Assembly (NCBI GenBank): GCA_964504865.1
Contig: CAZDFS010000008.1
Coordinates: 6,711 to 70,710 of the forward strand
Length of the DNA: 64,000 nt
Direction of reading: 5' to 3'
DNA from: an uncultured Wenzhouxiangella sp.
GTDB taxonomy: Bacteria > Pseudomonadota > Gammaproteobacteria > Xanthomonadales > Wenzhouxiangellaceae
Positions 18,706 to 27,866 of the stretch are shown here, piece by piece. Within the stretch, counting starts at the first letter, position 1. The number at the start of each line of letters is the position of its first letter. Below the pieces are notes generated by a model. It was not told where the DNA came from. It saw only the letters and a list, made by a program, of their open reading frames with translations, and did no database searches. The position numbers and the translations under genes were made by a program.

Positions 18706-21270
18706 TCAGAGTGAGTCGAGGAGCGCCTGCGTCTTTCGCGTCTCCGGGTGTTCGCGGCTGGTCTCGCGGATGTAGACCTCGAGGAGCGTTCGAACCTCCT
18801 TTGATGAAACGGATCCTGGCGCGAGGCGGTGGCGGCTTTCAAGGGCCTGACGCCTGGCCGTCAGGCTGAAAGGATGATCGAGGCCCATCGCGTCGATGAC
18901 GGCCCTCGACGCCAGGTCATGCAGGGCCATCGCCTCGTCGGCGCGACCCAGGCCGGCGAGGCTTTGGGCGCGATTGGATTCGCTTAGCCAGACAAAGGGA
19001 TGGTTCTCGCCGAACGCCTCGCGCATCAGGGCCGTCGTGCGCTCGGCCTGCGGCAAGGCTTCGTCGTATCGCTGAAGGATATTGAGCAGTTCGGTCAGGT
19101 TGTAACTCAGGAGGAGGTAATACTCATAGCGCTCATCGAAGCGGGCCTCAGTCTCCCTCATCAGTTCTCGAATAAGCGCCTCGCCCTCGTCATAGCGCTG
19201 CTGCGCATTGAGGACGTTTGCCATATTGGCTCGTAGGCTGACGAGTTCGCGAAAGGTAATTCGGTCCGGATTCGATTCAAAGATCGACATGGCCCGCGAC
19301 TGGATCGCTTGCGCAGAATCCAGGTCACCGAGTTCGTAGTAAAGGCCCGACATGTTGCTCAGGTTCCGGAACTGATCGGTGGACCCCTGCCCGAACAGGT
19401 TGCCGTAGAGATCGTTCAACTCGCCCATGACATCGAGCGCTTCCTGCTTGCGATTGATTGCCTGAAGCGACACGGCAAGATGATCGAGGGCCCGGACTCG
19501 GTTGAGCAAGCGCTGTTGAGGATGGCGATTCAACCAATCCAGCGTGGCTCTGGCGGTTCCAATCGCCTCATCGAATCGACCGCGAAGTTGATGCAGGCGG
19601 GTTTGAGCAACCAGGATGGTGTAGCCCAGATTATTGGTCGCGGTCTCCGGATCCGGAACGCGAGGAAGAAGAGTTTCGAGCAAACGCTCGGCCTCATCGA
19701 GTCGATTCAGCTGCAGCAGACTGGTCACTCGGTGCTTGCGCGCGAATAGAAACCAATCGCTGTCTCGCGGGAGTCGGTCCCGGAAGGTAGTTTCGAATGT
19801 CTCGGCACGCGCGATCACGTCCTCGAGATCCCCGCGACTCTCCAGGGCGGCGATGATCTCCAGCTCAAGCGCGGGCTCCAGTGAGTCATTGAGTGGCGAA
19901 ATCGTCTTCAGCTTCTCGAGCCCCAGGTTGGCCTGTTCGATCGCATCATCGTCGAGATCCATCACCTGGTAGGACTCGGCGAGCGCCAGATGGACCGCCG
20001 CCTGGGCCTCGGGCTGACCCGTGAACTGCCTCTCGACGTCCCGAGCGGCGAAATCGAGCATCTCCTCGACGGTCATGTCGCGGACCCGGCCGCTTTCATC
20101 GGGCGCGCTGAGGAGGCGCTGGAGAAAATCGTTGACCGCAGCGGTATTGCGCTGCTCCTGCTCGGCCACGGCACGCGCCTGATTCGCCTGGATCAGGCCC
20201 CAGCTGGTAAAGATCAGGCCGAGCAGGAGCGAGGTCGTGATCGCGCCGATTGCGATACGTCGGAACCGGCGCTGCGGTGCCGCACGAATCGAATCGATGG
20301 AGGCCAGGATCGCATCGAGGCGGGGACGCGCATCGGGATCGTGGTCCAGCATCGATGCAACCAGCCTGGCCAGCGGACGTCCGAGCCTTCGCTCGAGGCT
20401 TCGAGCGCCAATGGGCGCAGCCCGTCGATGCAGCTCACGCAGGGCGTCCCAGTCATCGGCTTGATGCACCGGCACGCCCGTGCTCGCGCGATACAGGGTG
20501 GCGCCCAGGGAATAGACATCAGACGAGGTAGACGGCGACTGTCCGAGGACGGCTTCCGGCGCCATGTAGAGCGGTGTTCCCGACGCCATCGCCGGTCCGG
20601 CCGCTTCCGGCGAACGATCCAGACTGGCACCGAAATCCATCAGCACCCACTGGCCGCCGTGATCCTGCATGATGTTCGAGGGTTTGACGTCGCCGTGCAG
20701 AAGGCCCGCGTCGTGCACCGCGCGCAATCCCAGCGCGAGAGATTCGATCAGCGCCAGCCAATCGGCCTGGCTGAAAGCTGCGCGCTTGGAATCCAGATCA
20801 GACAGGGTCTTGCCATTAATCAGGTCGCACCAGAGCCCCGGCCGCCCCTCATGAATCGCCGCGCCGTGGACTGCCAGCACGTTGGGGTGCCGCACCAGCG
20901 CAAGCTGCCGGGCCTCGTGCAGAAAGAGCTGGGACTGGAAGGGACGCTGCTTGCCGGTCTTGAGAAGCTTGAGTGCAACGTCGCGATCGAGAATTTCGTC
21001 GTAGGCGAGAAAGACCTCGCCGAAGCTGCCCTCGCCGATGCGCTGCAGCACCTTGAGATGGCCCCAGCTGAACAGGGTCGGACGCGCCCCCTGGCTCGGA
21101 TGCTGACGCTCGCCGCCGTGGAGCACGAACAGTTGCTCGATCTCCTTGAGCTGTTCGGCCAGGCCCTCGACGTCCCCGGGCAACCCCTCGAGAGCGTCAG
21201 ACGACCCGGACAGGCGCTCGAGGATGCTCCTGGCTCGCAGGTCCGGTGGTCCCTTTCCTCGGCGGCTCAC
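18706..21270 (-). CDS. Transmembrane Ser/Thr protein kinase with C-terminal TPR domain
   Basis: 854 aa. GxGxFGxV-like loop (IGEGSFGEV), ALK, HGDVKPSN (non-RD), DFG and APE motifs. TM helix (IAIGAITTSLLLGLIFTSWGLI) followed by about 480 aa of TPR-like repeats. Confidence 0.85.
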   Translation of the reverse strand: MSRRGKGPPDLRARSILERLSGSSDALEGLPGDVEGLAEQLKEIEQLFVLHGGERQHPSQGARPTLFSWGHLKVLQRIGEGSFGEVFLAYDEILDRDVALKLLKTGKQRPFQSQLFLHEARQLALVRHPNVLAVHGAAIHEGRPGLWCDLINGKTLSDLDSKRAAFSQADWLALIESLALGLRAVHDAGLLHGDVKPSNIMQDHGGQWVLMDFGASLDRSPEAAGPAMASGTPLYMAPEAVLGQSPSTSSDVYSLGATLYRASTGVPVHQADDWDALRELHRRAAPIGARSLERRLGRPLARLVASMLDHDPDARPRLDAILASIDSIRAAPQRRFRRIAIGAITTSLLLGLIFTSWGLIQANQARAVAEQEQRNTAAVNDFLQRLLSAPDESGRVRDMTVEEMLDFAARDVERQFTGQPEAQAAVHLALAESYQVMDLDDDAIEQANLGLEKLKTISPLNDSLEPALELEIIAALESRGDLEDVIARAETFETTFRDRLPRDSDWFLFARKHRVTSLLQLNRLDEAERLLETLLPRVPDPETATNNLGYTILVAQTRLHQLRGRFDEAIGTARATLDWLNRHPQQRLLNRVRALDHLAVSLQAINRKQEALDVMGELNDLYGNLFGQGSTDQFRNLSNMSGLYYELGDLDSAQAIQSRAMSIFESNPDRITFRELVSLRANMANVLNAQQRYDEGEALIRELMRETEARFDERYEYYLLLSYNLTELLNILQRYDEALPQAERTTALMREAFGENHPFVWLSESNRAQSLAGLGRADEAMALHDLASRAVIDAMGLDHPFSLTARRQALESRHRLAPGSVSSKEVRTLLEVYIRETSREHPETRKTQALLDSL

Positions 21271-21848
21271 TTCATCGCCTCGGCCAGCTGCAGGAGCGAG
21301 CGCGACACGAGCATGCGCGCGCTGTTGGCCGACGGCGTGTCAGTCGCCGCGGCGATCTCGGGAAAGGTGTAGCCGAATTCAACTCTGAGCATTACGGCCT
21401 CTCTGGCCTTGTCGGTCAGAGTCATTAATGCCGCTTCATAGCGTTCCAGCACATCGAGGCCGATCGCCTCGCTCATCACCGAGGCCTCCGGGTCATTCGG
21501 TTCAGCGTCGGAATCGGCGAAGCCATGTCGATTGCGGCGGGTGACGCGACGGATTTCCATCCGCACCTGGTTGAGGAGAATGGTGCGGAGATAGGCCAGA
21601 AACGCGCCCTCGCGCAGGGCCTCGAAGTTGTCAACGTGCTTGAGCGCCTGAATCAGACTGGACTGCACCAGATCCTGGGTTTCGGACAGGTCGCGCGCAT
21701 AGCCGGGCAGTCTGCCGTGGGCCCAGCGGGTCAACAGGGGAAGGAATCGTCGACATAGCTCGTCGCGCGCCGAATCCTCACCCTCGGACACCCGATTGAG
21801 CAGCGTTGCGGTGGATTCCAGCGGCTGGTTCATCACAAAGCCCGGCAT
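21267..21848 (-). CDS. ECF-type RNA polymerase sigma factor (kinase-associated)
   Basis: 193 aa. Sigma-2 (…DLVQSSLIQALKH…) and sigma-4 HTH (FGYTFPEIAAATDTPSANSARMLVSRS). Its stop overlaps the kinase start (ATGA). The start may instead be the second ATG (MNQPLE). Confidence 0.85.
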   Translation of the reverse strand: MPGFVMNQPLESTATLLNRVSEGEDSARDELCRRFLPLLTRWAHGRLPGYARDLSETQDLVQSSLIQALKHVDNFEALREGAFLAYLRTILLNQVRMEIRRVTRRNRHGFADSDAEPNDPEASVMSEAIGLDVLERYEAALMTLTDKAREAVMLRVEFGYTFPEIAAATDTPSANSARMLVSRSLLQLAEAMK

Positions 21849-21863
21849 CGTCTGAGTTCGCCG

Positions 21864-21892
21864 AGTATAGGATCCCGCCGTTGCAACGACAA
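21864..21892 (-). promoter_or_regulatory. Candidate sigma-70 promoter for the ECF sigma gene (TTGTCG-N17-TATACT)
   Basis: The minus strand reads TTGTCG ttgcaacggcgggatcc TATACT about 15 nt upstream of the first ATG. Confidence 0.3.
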
Positions 21893-21974
21893 ATCCCTGG
21901 TCATGGCGACGACCGGGGCAGCGCTGCGTGTGCGGTCCGCGGCACCCCGGCAGGCCGCCGAGGTGCCGACTCGA

Positions 21975-24590
21975 TCAGCTGGCGGCCTTCTGGTAGCTCC
22001 GCCCCAGGAGAACGCGGGCAAGCGCGGGCAGCAGCAGCATGGCGCCAATCATGTTGAAGATGAACATGAAGCCGAGCAGCACGCCCATATCGGCCTGGAA
22101 CTTGAGCTCGGAGAACAACCAGGTGCCCACGCCCACGGCCAGGGTGATGGCCGTGAAGAAGACCGCCTTGCCGGTCAGCCTCAGCGTTCGCAGATAGGCC
22201 TCGTCCAGGTCCATACCCTCCTCGAGGAAGCTGCGCATGCGACTGAAGATGTAGATGCCGTAATCAACGCCGATGCCGACACCCAGGGCAACCACGGGCA
22301 GCGTGTTGACCTTCAGGCCGATGCCCATGAAGGCCATCAGACTGTAGGCAAGGTAGCTGACGAGCACCAGCGGAAGCACGATGCAGTAGGTCGATCGTCC
22401 GCCGCGGGTCAGGAACAGGAGCACGGCCACCAGGCCTGCCAGACCCCATGCAAACATGGGTTGACTCAGGGTGGCCGGCGACAGGAAATAGGTGGCCAGG
22501 AAGGCCGCTGTCGGCGGCACGACAACGGTCAGGAAGCCGCGGATGGATCCGAAGGTCAGCAGGCAAAGGACGATGATGGCGCCGTAGACGTAGAGCAGCA
22601 TCGGCGTCTGCGCTGCCGCGACTTCCTGATTCGTGGCCGCCATGACGCCCACGTTGCCCGTCGCCAGACGGAAGCGCAGGCAGTCGTCACAGCGCTCACC
22701 CTCGGTCGTCGCGTAATCGCCCTCGACGGCACCCGCCGGGGTGAAGCCCAGCCCCTCGACGTAGATGTCAGCCTGCAGCTCTTCAACTCGGGCGACAACG
22801 CGATTGATGGTTTCGGCCTTGTGATCTTCGAGGAACACCATCACCGGCATCGCACTGCAGTCCTCGTTCAGAAGGCCCGTGCCGGTTTCGATCCCCGACA
22901 GGTTCTGACGCATGATGAACTGATTGCGCGGCAGCACCTGCCAGCGAATATTGCCTTCGTTCCAGCCCGCGTTGACGATCTTCGCGATCGCAGGGAGCGT
23001 GACCACCTGCTGCACGCCCTCGACGTTGGCCATGTGCCAGGCGAAGCGGTCGATGGCTTCCATGACCTGGTAGGACTCGGTGCAGGCCGACGGTGCCGTT
23101 TCAGCAATCACGGAGATCAGATCCGTGCCCAGCGCGAAGCGATCGGCGATCAGGCGGGAATCCTGGTTGTAGCGGGCATCCGAGCGCAGCTCGGGCACGC
23201 CGGGTTCCGAGTCACCGATCTGCATGTCCTGGGATTTGACCCAGGCAAAGGCAAACAGGCCGACGCCGATCAGGACCGACAGCACCGCCACCCCCGGACG
23301 CGTGAAGCTGGCGATCAGGTTCCAGATGGCGCTGGGCTGCTGACCCTTGGCGAACTGGCGTTGACGGAAGCGACTCTCGTTACGCAGGCGCACGTAGGAC
23401 AGCAGCACCGGCAGCAGGACCAGGTTGGTGAAGATGATCACGGCAACACCGATGCTGGCGGTCAGCGCCAGTTCCTGGATGATGCGAATGTTGATCAGCA
23501 GGATGGTCAGAAAACCGATCGTGTCCGAGATCAAGGCAATCGACCCGGGCGCCAGCAGGCGGGCAAAGGTGGCCTTTGAGGCCTCGAGGCTGGAAACGAT
23601 CGGGACGTCGTGGAGATTGGCTCCGTCCTGCGCCAGACCGACTGGCGAATGGCCGCCGAAGAGCTTCTCGGCGTTCCATCCACTGATCATCTGCACGCCG
23701 TGGCTGACGCCGATGGCGAACACGAGGAAGGGCGTCAGGATATTCATTGGATCGATCCCGAAACCCAGCACGCTGAGCAGCCCGAGCTGCCAGATAACGG
23801 CGGTCACGGAGCAGACCAGCGGCAGCACCGTTAACCAGATCGATCCGGAGTACAGGAAGAGGAGGATCGCCGTGATGGCAAAGGCGACCCCAAAATAGGT
23901 CACGACGCCGCGGGCTCCATCGGCAATGTCGCCGACGATCTTGGCGAAACCGACGATATGAACCGTGTGCGATTCGTCCTCGAACTCGCTGCGGATACTC
24001 TCGAGCTGCGCGGCAACGTCCTGGTAGTCCAGCGCCTCGCCGGTGCTCGGATCCTCCTCGAGGAGGTTGGCCCAGACCATGGCGCCGGAAAAGTCTTCGG
24101 CCACCAGTCGACCGACTTCACCGGACTTGACGATGTTCGATCGGACCCGCTCGAACATCTCGGGCGAGGGCGCGAAATCCGCCGGAATGACGTTGCCGCC
24201 GGCAAAGCCGTCCTCGACGATCTCGACAAAACGAACGTTGGGCGTGAAGATCGAGCGCACGCTGGCGCGATCCACGCCGGGAATGAAGAAGACCTGGTTG
24301 CTGATGCGCTCGAATTTATCGAAGAACTCGGGCGTGAACATGTCGCCTTCCTGGTCGACCAGGGCGACCATCACTCGATTGGCGCCGCCGAACTCGCGCT
24401 CGTACTCGATAAAGGTCTGCATGTAGGGATGTTCGAGCGGCAGCTGTTTCTTGAAGCCGGCGTCAACACGCAGCTGCAGGCTGAAGAACAGGGCCGCGGC
24501 GGTACCTGCGATAAACAGCAGCAGGATCAGCGGGCGAATCGAGAAAACGGCATCGGCGATCCGCCGTGCCAGCTTGGGTTGATCACTCAT
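21975..24590 (-). CDS. RND-superfamily (MMPL/HpnN-like) inner-membrane transporter
   Basis: 871 aa. Two blocks of about 6 TM helices, each preceded by a large soluble loop. N-terminal ...FFSLQLRVDAGFKKQLP... is typical of the RND transporters that co-occur with DUF1302/DUF1329 genes. Confidence 0.85.
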   Translation of the reverse strand: MSDQPKLARRIADAVFSIRPLILLLFIAGTAAALFFSLQLRVDAGFKKQLPLEHPYMQTFIEYEREFGGANRVMVALVDQEGDMFTPEFFDKFERISNQVFFIPGVDRASVRSIFTPNVRFVEIVEDGFAGGNVIPADFAPSPEMFERVRSNIVKSGEVGRLVAEDFSGAMVWANLLEEDPSTGEALDYQDVAAQLESIRSEFEDESHTVHIVGFAKIVGDIADGARGVVTYFGVAFAITAILLFLYSGSIWLTVLPLVCSVTAVIWQLGLLSVLGFGIDPMNILTPFLVFAIGVSHGVQMISGWNAEKLFGGHSPVGLAQDGANLHDVPIVSSLEASKATFARLLAPGSIALISDTIGFLTILLINIRIIQELALTASIGVAVIIFTNLVLLPVLLSYVRLRNESRFRQRQFAKGQQPSAIWNLIASFTRPGVAVLSVLIGVGLFAFAWVKSQDMQIGDSEPGVPELRSDARYNQDSRLIADRFALGTDLISVIAETAPSACTESYQVMEAIDRFAWHMANVEGVQQVVTLPAIAKIVNAGWNEGNIRWQVLPRNQFIMRQNLSGIETGTGLLNEDCSAMPVMVFLEDHKAETINRVVARVEELQADIYVEGLGFTPAGAVEGDYATTEGERCDDCLRFRLATGNVGVMAATNQEVAAAQTPMLLYVYGAIIVLCLLTFGSIRGFLTVVVPPTAAFLATYFLSPATLSQPMFAWGLAGLVAVLLFLTRGGRSTYCIVLPLVLVSYLAYSLMAFMGIGLKVNTLPVVALGVGIGVDYGIYIFSRMRSFLEEGMDLDEAYLRTLRLTGKAVFFTAITLAVGVGTWLFSELKFQADMGVLLGFMFIFNMIGAMLLLPALARVLLGRSYQKAAS

Positions 24591-25629
24591 GGCTCACTCC
24601 GTCTTCTCCGACGAGAATCTTTTCACCACTGTCTTTGAAGAGAACCGCCGCGTAGGTGCTGCCCAGGCGATCCTCCTGGAGGTCGAATTCGCGGGCCCGG
24701 GGGTCGTAGATCAGCTGCGCCGCTCCCGCACCCACCATCAACGCGCGTCCCCGGGGATCGACAGCGCCGCCTTTCAGCGTCGACACGAGCGGGTTTTCGA
24801 GCTCGGTCCAGCTCTGGCCCTGATTGCGCGAGAGCTGGACATGCCCCCTCAGACCAAAAGCCAGAATTTCCGAATCCAGCTGGAGCAGGCCGAACATGGA
24901 CCCGGCGTAGGGAAACCGGAAAGCTTCCCAGTTGACGCCACCGTCGACGGACCGGAAGCCATAGCCGCGCTCGGCAGCGATCAGCCAGTCATCATCCCCG
25001 ATCGCCAGAAAAGCATTGAGGTGGCACTCCATGAATTCATAGCATCCGCGGTCGAACAAGGCATCTTCGCCAAAGAGCTCCTCATCCATGGTCGAATCCT
25101 CAGCCGCCTCGGCGGCAAGGGCCTCCCAGTCGATATCCTCCGAGGTCACGAGGTCGGCCATTTCCAGGATGTCCCAATCGTCACCGGCGTTTCTGGTGCG
25201 CATGAACAGGCCGTAGGCACCGATGGCCACACCGTTGTTGGCGTCGAAGAAGTGCACATCCAGCAGGGGTTTTTCCGCCTCCGGATCGAAATGCTGAAGA
25301 ACCCACGTCTGGCCGAGGTCTCGGCTGTGGATGATCGCCGAATCATGTCCGACCGCCCAGAGGCGCCCACCGGAAAAGGCGACGCGCGTCAGCGTCGACC
25401 GAACAGGAACGGTCTCGGCCTGTTCCCAATTCTCTCCGTCGGAGGACAGCACCACGTGGCCACGCGCACCGACGGCAACGTAGCGCTGACCCGCGCGCTC
25501 GATGTCCAGCAGCAGGCTTTCCGCCGCCAATCGGGCCTCCTGAGCCGGTTGCGGTTCGCTCATCTGAGCCAGGGAAAGCCCCGGCAGGAGCAGAGTGATC
25601 GAAACCAACGTGAACAATATCGACTTCAT
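24583..25629 (-). CDS. Periplasmic BNR/Ycf48-like beta-propeller protein
   Basis: Signal peptide MKSILFTLVSITLLLPGLSLA and repeated S-x-D-x-G-x-x-W sialidase/BNR motifs (SSDGENW, SRDLGQTW, TRNAGDDW, SVDGGVNW, SRNQGQSW). Start set at ATG 25629, behind AGGAGAAAGG. Confidence 0.78.
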   Translation of the reverse strand: MKSILFTLVSITLLLPGLSLAQMSEPQPAQEARLAAESLLLDIERAGQRYVAVGARGHVVLSSDGENWEQAETVPVRSTLTRVAFSGGRLWAVGHDSAIIHSRDLGQTWVLQHFDPEAEKPLLDVHFFDANNGVAIGAYGLFMRTRNAGDDWDILEMADLVTSEDIDWEALAAEAAEDSTMDEELFGEDALFDRGCYEFMECHLNAFLAIGDDDWLIAAERGYGFRSVDGGVNWEAFRFPYAGSMFGLLQLDSEILAFGLRGHVQLSRNQGQSWTELENPLVSTLKGGAVDPRGRALMVGAGAAQLIYDPRAREFDLQEDRLGSTYAAVLFKDSGEKILVGEDGVSHE

Positions 25630-25832
25630 GCCGCCTTTCTCCTGATTCTCTAGCACGTATCTCTCGGCAAGCTTTCGTGTCCGGGACTGCCCCGCGGCGG
25701 ATTCACCCCGTGCCGTCGGCTCAGTACGGATACGGCTCGACGCTGCGGTTGCCTTGATCAGGGTCTTCCGTGACCGCTGATCGACGGCGAAAACCTGTCG
25801 GAGCCGCGAGCCTGAAGCTCGGGCAGTCGCGT

Positions 25833-25863
25833 AAAAAAAAGGCCGACCGGAGTCCGGTCGACC
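25833..25863 (-). terminator. Rho-independent terminator between the DUF1329 and BNR genes
   Basis: The minus strand reads GGTCGACCGGACTCCGGTCGGCC followed by TTTTTTTT. Confidence 0.7.
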
Positions 25864-25887
25864 TTCCTTGAGGTCTATCCAGTGAAA

Positions 25888-27852
25888 CTACCGGCGACCA
25901 CGAGTCCGCAGCGCCTGCGGCGTGTAGCTGCTGATGCTCAGCGGAACGTTGAAGGTATTGACCGGATCCTGATTGTCCAGCCCCGTCGCTACGTAGCGAC
26001 CCGACTGCAGATCCATATGGCTCTCGATCGAAGACCAGTACGTCGGCACATCGTAGTACTGGATCGTATGCGCTTCCGAGGCACGCCACAGCTCACCACG
26101 CTGGTCGTAGTGGTCGATCAGTGCGATCTGGTAGGTGTCCTCGTCGAGGTAGAAGGTGCGACGAGAATTGATGTGGCGGGTGCCTTCGCGCAGACGCGCA
26201 TCGACGATCCAGACCCGGTGCAGCTCATAGCGAGTCAGGTCGGCATTGAGGTGCCCCGGCCGCACGATGTCATCGGGCGTCAGCTCGCCGCTGTGGATCT
26301 CGTAGGCGTTGTAGGGAATGTACATCTCCTTCTTGCCGACGATCTCCCAGGTGAAGCGATCCATGGCGCCATTGAACATGTCGGTCATGTCGTTCGTACG
26401 CAGGCCGTCGGAGGCGGTACCGGGGTTGTCGTAGGCGATGTTCGGCGCACGACGGACGCGGCGCTGACCCGGGTTGTAGATCCAGGCCTGGCGTGGCGTT
26501 TCGATCTGGTTCAGCGTCTCATGGACAAGAAGAATGTTCCCGGCCAGACGGGCCGGCGACTCGACTTCCTGGAAGAAGTAGAGAAGGATGTTGTTCGTGT
26601 CCTCGATCGAGGAACCCTCTGCGTAGTACAGGCCCAGCAATTCCTCGCGCAGGCGAACGAGCTGGTAGCTTCCCGTGGGTGTGGGCGCGACCTGGTTGTT
26701 GTAGCGAACGCCGCCCGTGCCCTTGTACTTGAGCTTGTGGTTCCACATCAGCTCATAGGAATTCTGCGGCAGCGGGAAGGGGAATCCCTCGGAGACGTCG
26801 GCCACGCCTTCGCCCTCGGAAATCAGGCGACCGGTCGCCGCATTCCGGATGGTCGCGTCGTAAATGAACTGCGGGAAGGCAGCGCTGCGACGGGTCGGGA
26901 AGACACGCATCTTGTAGGTGTCAGGGTAGCGTTCGAAGGTCGCCATCTGTCCCACCGAAAGACGGTCCGCGTAGTCCTGATAGTTGTCGCCGGTAATGAC
27001 GAACAGCGGCTCGTCGTCGGGGTAGGGATTCAGGTGACGATCGCCCGGCTGATAGCCGGCGGGCCAATCGTCGAGACCGATGCCTCCGGTCCAGGGCGGA
27101 ATCGTGCCATCGGCGTTGCCGGCCTGGATGGAACCCATGGGGGTCAGATCGTTACCAAGGCGGGCGATGTTTTCCGGCGTGCGCGGGATGATGAAATCCC
27201 CAGCGTCCGACGGTACGGCAGATGCGGCTGGCGGTGCCGCGGCAGCCACTGCCGCAGCGGCCTGTGCCGCTTCCTCGGCCGCCATGCGCTCGGCCTCAGC
27301 CGCTTGTTCTGCTGCCATGCGCTCAGCCTCAGCCTGCTCGACGGCAAGTCGCTCCGCTTCTGCCTCGGCCTCCGCCGCGACGCGAGCCGCTTCAGCTTCG
27401 GCCGCTTCGCGTTCGGCGGCCAGGCGGCCTGCTTCCTCTTCGGCGCGACGCTCGGCTTCGGCCGCCATGCGAGCAGCCTCGGCTTCCGCTTCGGCCGCCA
27501 TTCGCGCAGCCTCTTCTTCAGCAGCTATGCGGGCGGCTTCTGCCTGTGCCTCGGCTTCTGCAGCCTGGCGGGCGGCTTCGGCTTCGGCCTCGGCAGCCAT
27601 GCGCTCGGCTTCCGCGGCTGCCTCGGCGGCGGCTCGCTCGGCTTCCGCCTCGGCAGCCATCCGCTCGGCCTCGGCCCGCTCGGCAGCTTCGCGCTCTGCC
27701 TCTTGCGCTTCGAAGCGATCCGACATCTCCTCCTGCGTGGAGTCCATCGACTCGTCCTGAGTTTCAGGACCCGTCGAACAGGCGACCAGCGCCAGGCTGG
27801 AGAACAGCGCAAAGGCCAGAATCAATAGCGTTTTGGTTTGAATCGATTTCAT
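25888..27852 (-). CDS. DUF1329-family (LolA-like fold) lipoprotein with a long N-terminal Glu/Ala-rich spacer
   Basis: 654 aa. Lipobox LALVAC with Ser at +2. Residues ~47-200 are an AEAEAERMAAE-type repeat and the C-terminal ~430 aa resemble DUF1329 (…YDNPGTASDGLRTNDM…). Confidence 0.8.
   Translation of the reverse strand: MKSIQTKTLLILAFALFSSLALVACSTGPETQDESMDSTQEEMSDRFEAQEAEREAAERAEAERMAAEAEAERAAAEAAAEAERMAAEAEAEAARQAAEAEAQAEAARIAAEEEAARMAAEAEAEAARMAAEAERRAEEEAGRLAAEREAAEAEAARVAAEAEAEAERLAVEQAEAERMAAEQAAEAERMAAEEAAQAAAAVAAAAPPAASAVPSDAGDFIIPRTPENIARLGNDLTPMGSIQAGNADGTIPPWTGGIGLDDWPAGYQPGDRHLNPYPDDEPLFVITGDNYQDYADRLSVGQMATFERYPDTYKMRVFPTRRSAAFPQFIYDATIRNAATGRLISEGEGVADVSEGFPFPLPQNSYELMWNHKLKYKGTGGVRYNNQVAPTPTGSYQLVRLREELLGLYYAEGSSIEDTNNILLYFFQEVESPARLAGNILLVHETLNQIETPRQAWIYNPGQRRVRRAPNIAYDNPGTASDGLRTNDMTDMFNGAMDRFTWEIVGKKEMYIPYNAYEIHSGELTPDDIVRPGHLNADLTRYELHRVWIVDARLREGTRHINSRRTFYLDEDTYQIALIDHYDQRGELWRASEAHTIQYYDVPTYWSSIESHMDLQSGRYVATGLDNQDPVNTFNVPLSISSYTPQALRTRGRR
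27253..27714 (-). repeat. In-frame imperfect tandem repeat encoding the (A/E/R)-rich helical spacer
   Basis: Translated units EAERMAAEAEAE / EAARMAAEAEAE / EAERLAVEQAEAERMAAEQ recur. The antisense ORFs of this stretch are Ala/Ser/Arg-rich artefacts. Confidence 0.85.
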
Positions 27853-27866
27853 GATCGGATCTCCCC

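Noticed and set aside
21903-23579. 558-aa plus-strand ORF
   Set aside because: It is antisense to the RND transporter, highly charged and low in complexity (runs of H, Q, D, G, R). The transporter frame shows a coherent TM topology.
27253-27714. Periodic repeat considered as a CRISPR array or non-coding tandem repeat
   Set aside because: There is no repeat-spacer structure. The repeat is in frame within a long ORF that has a signal peptide and lipobox upstream and a conserved domain downstream.
25882-27854. 648-aa plus-strand ORF and the Ala/Ser/Arg- or Pro/Arg-rich ORFs at 27080-27760 and 27222-27854
   Set aside because: They are antisense to the DUF1329 gene. Their repetitiveness simply mirrors the Glu/Ala coding repeat.
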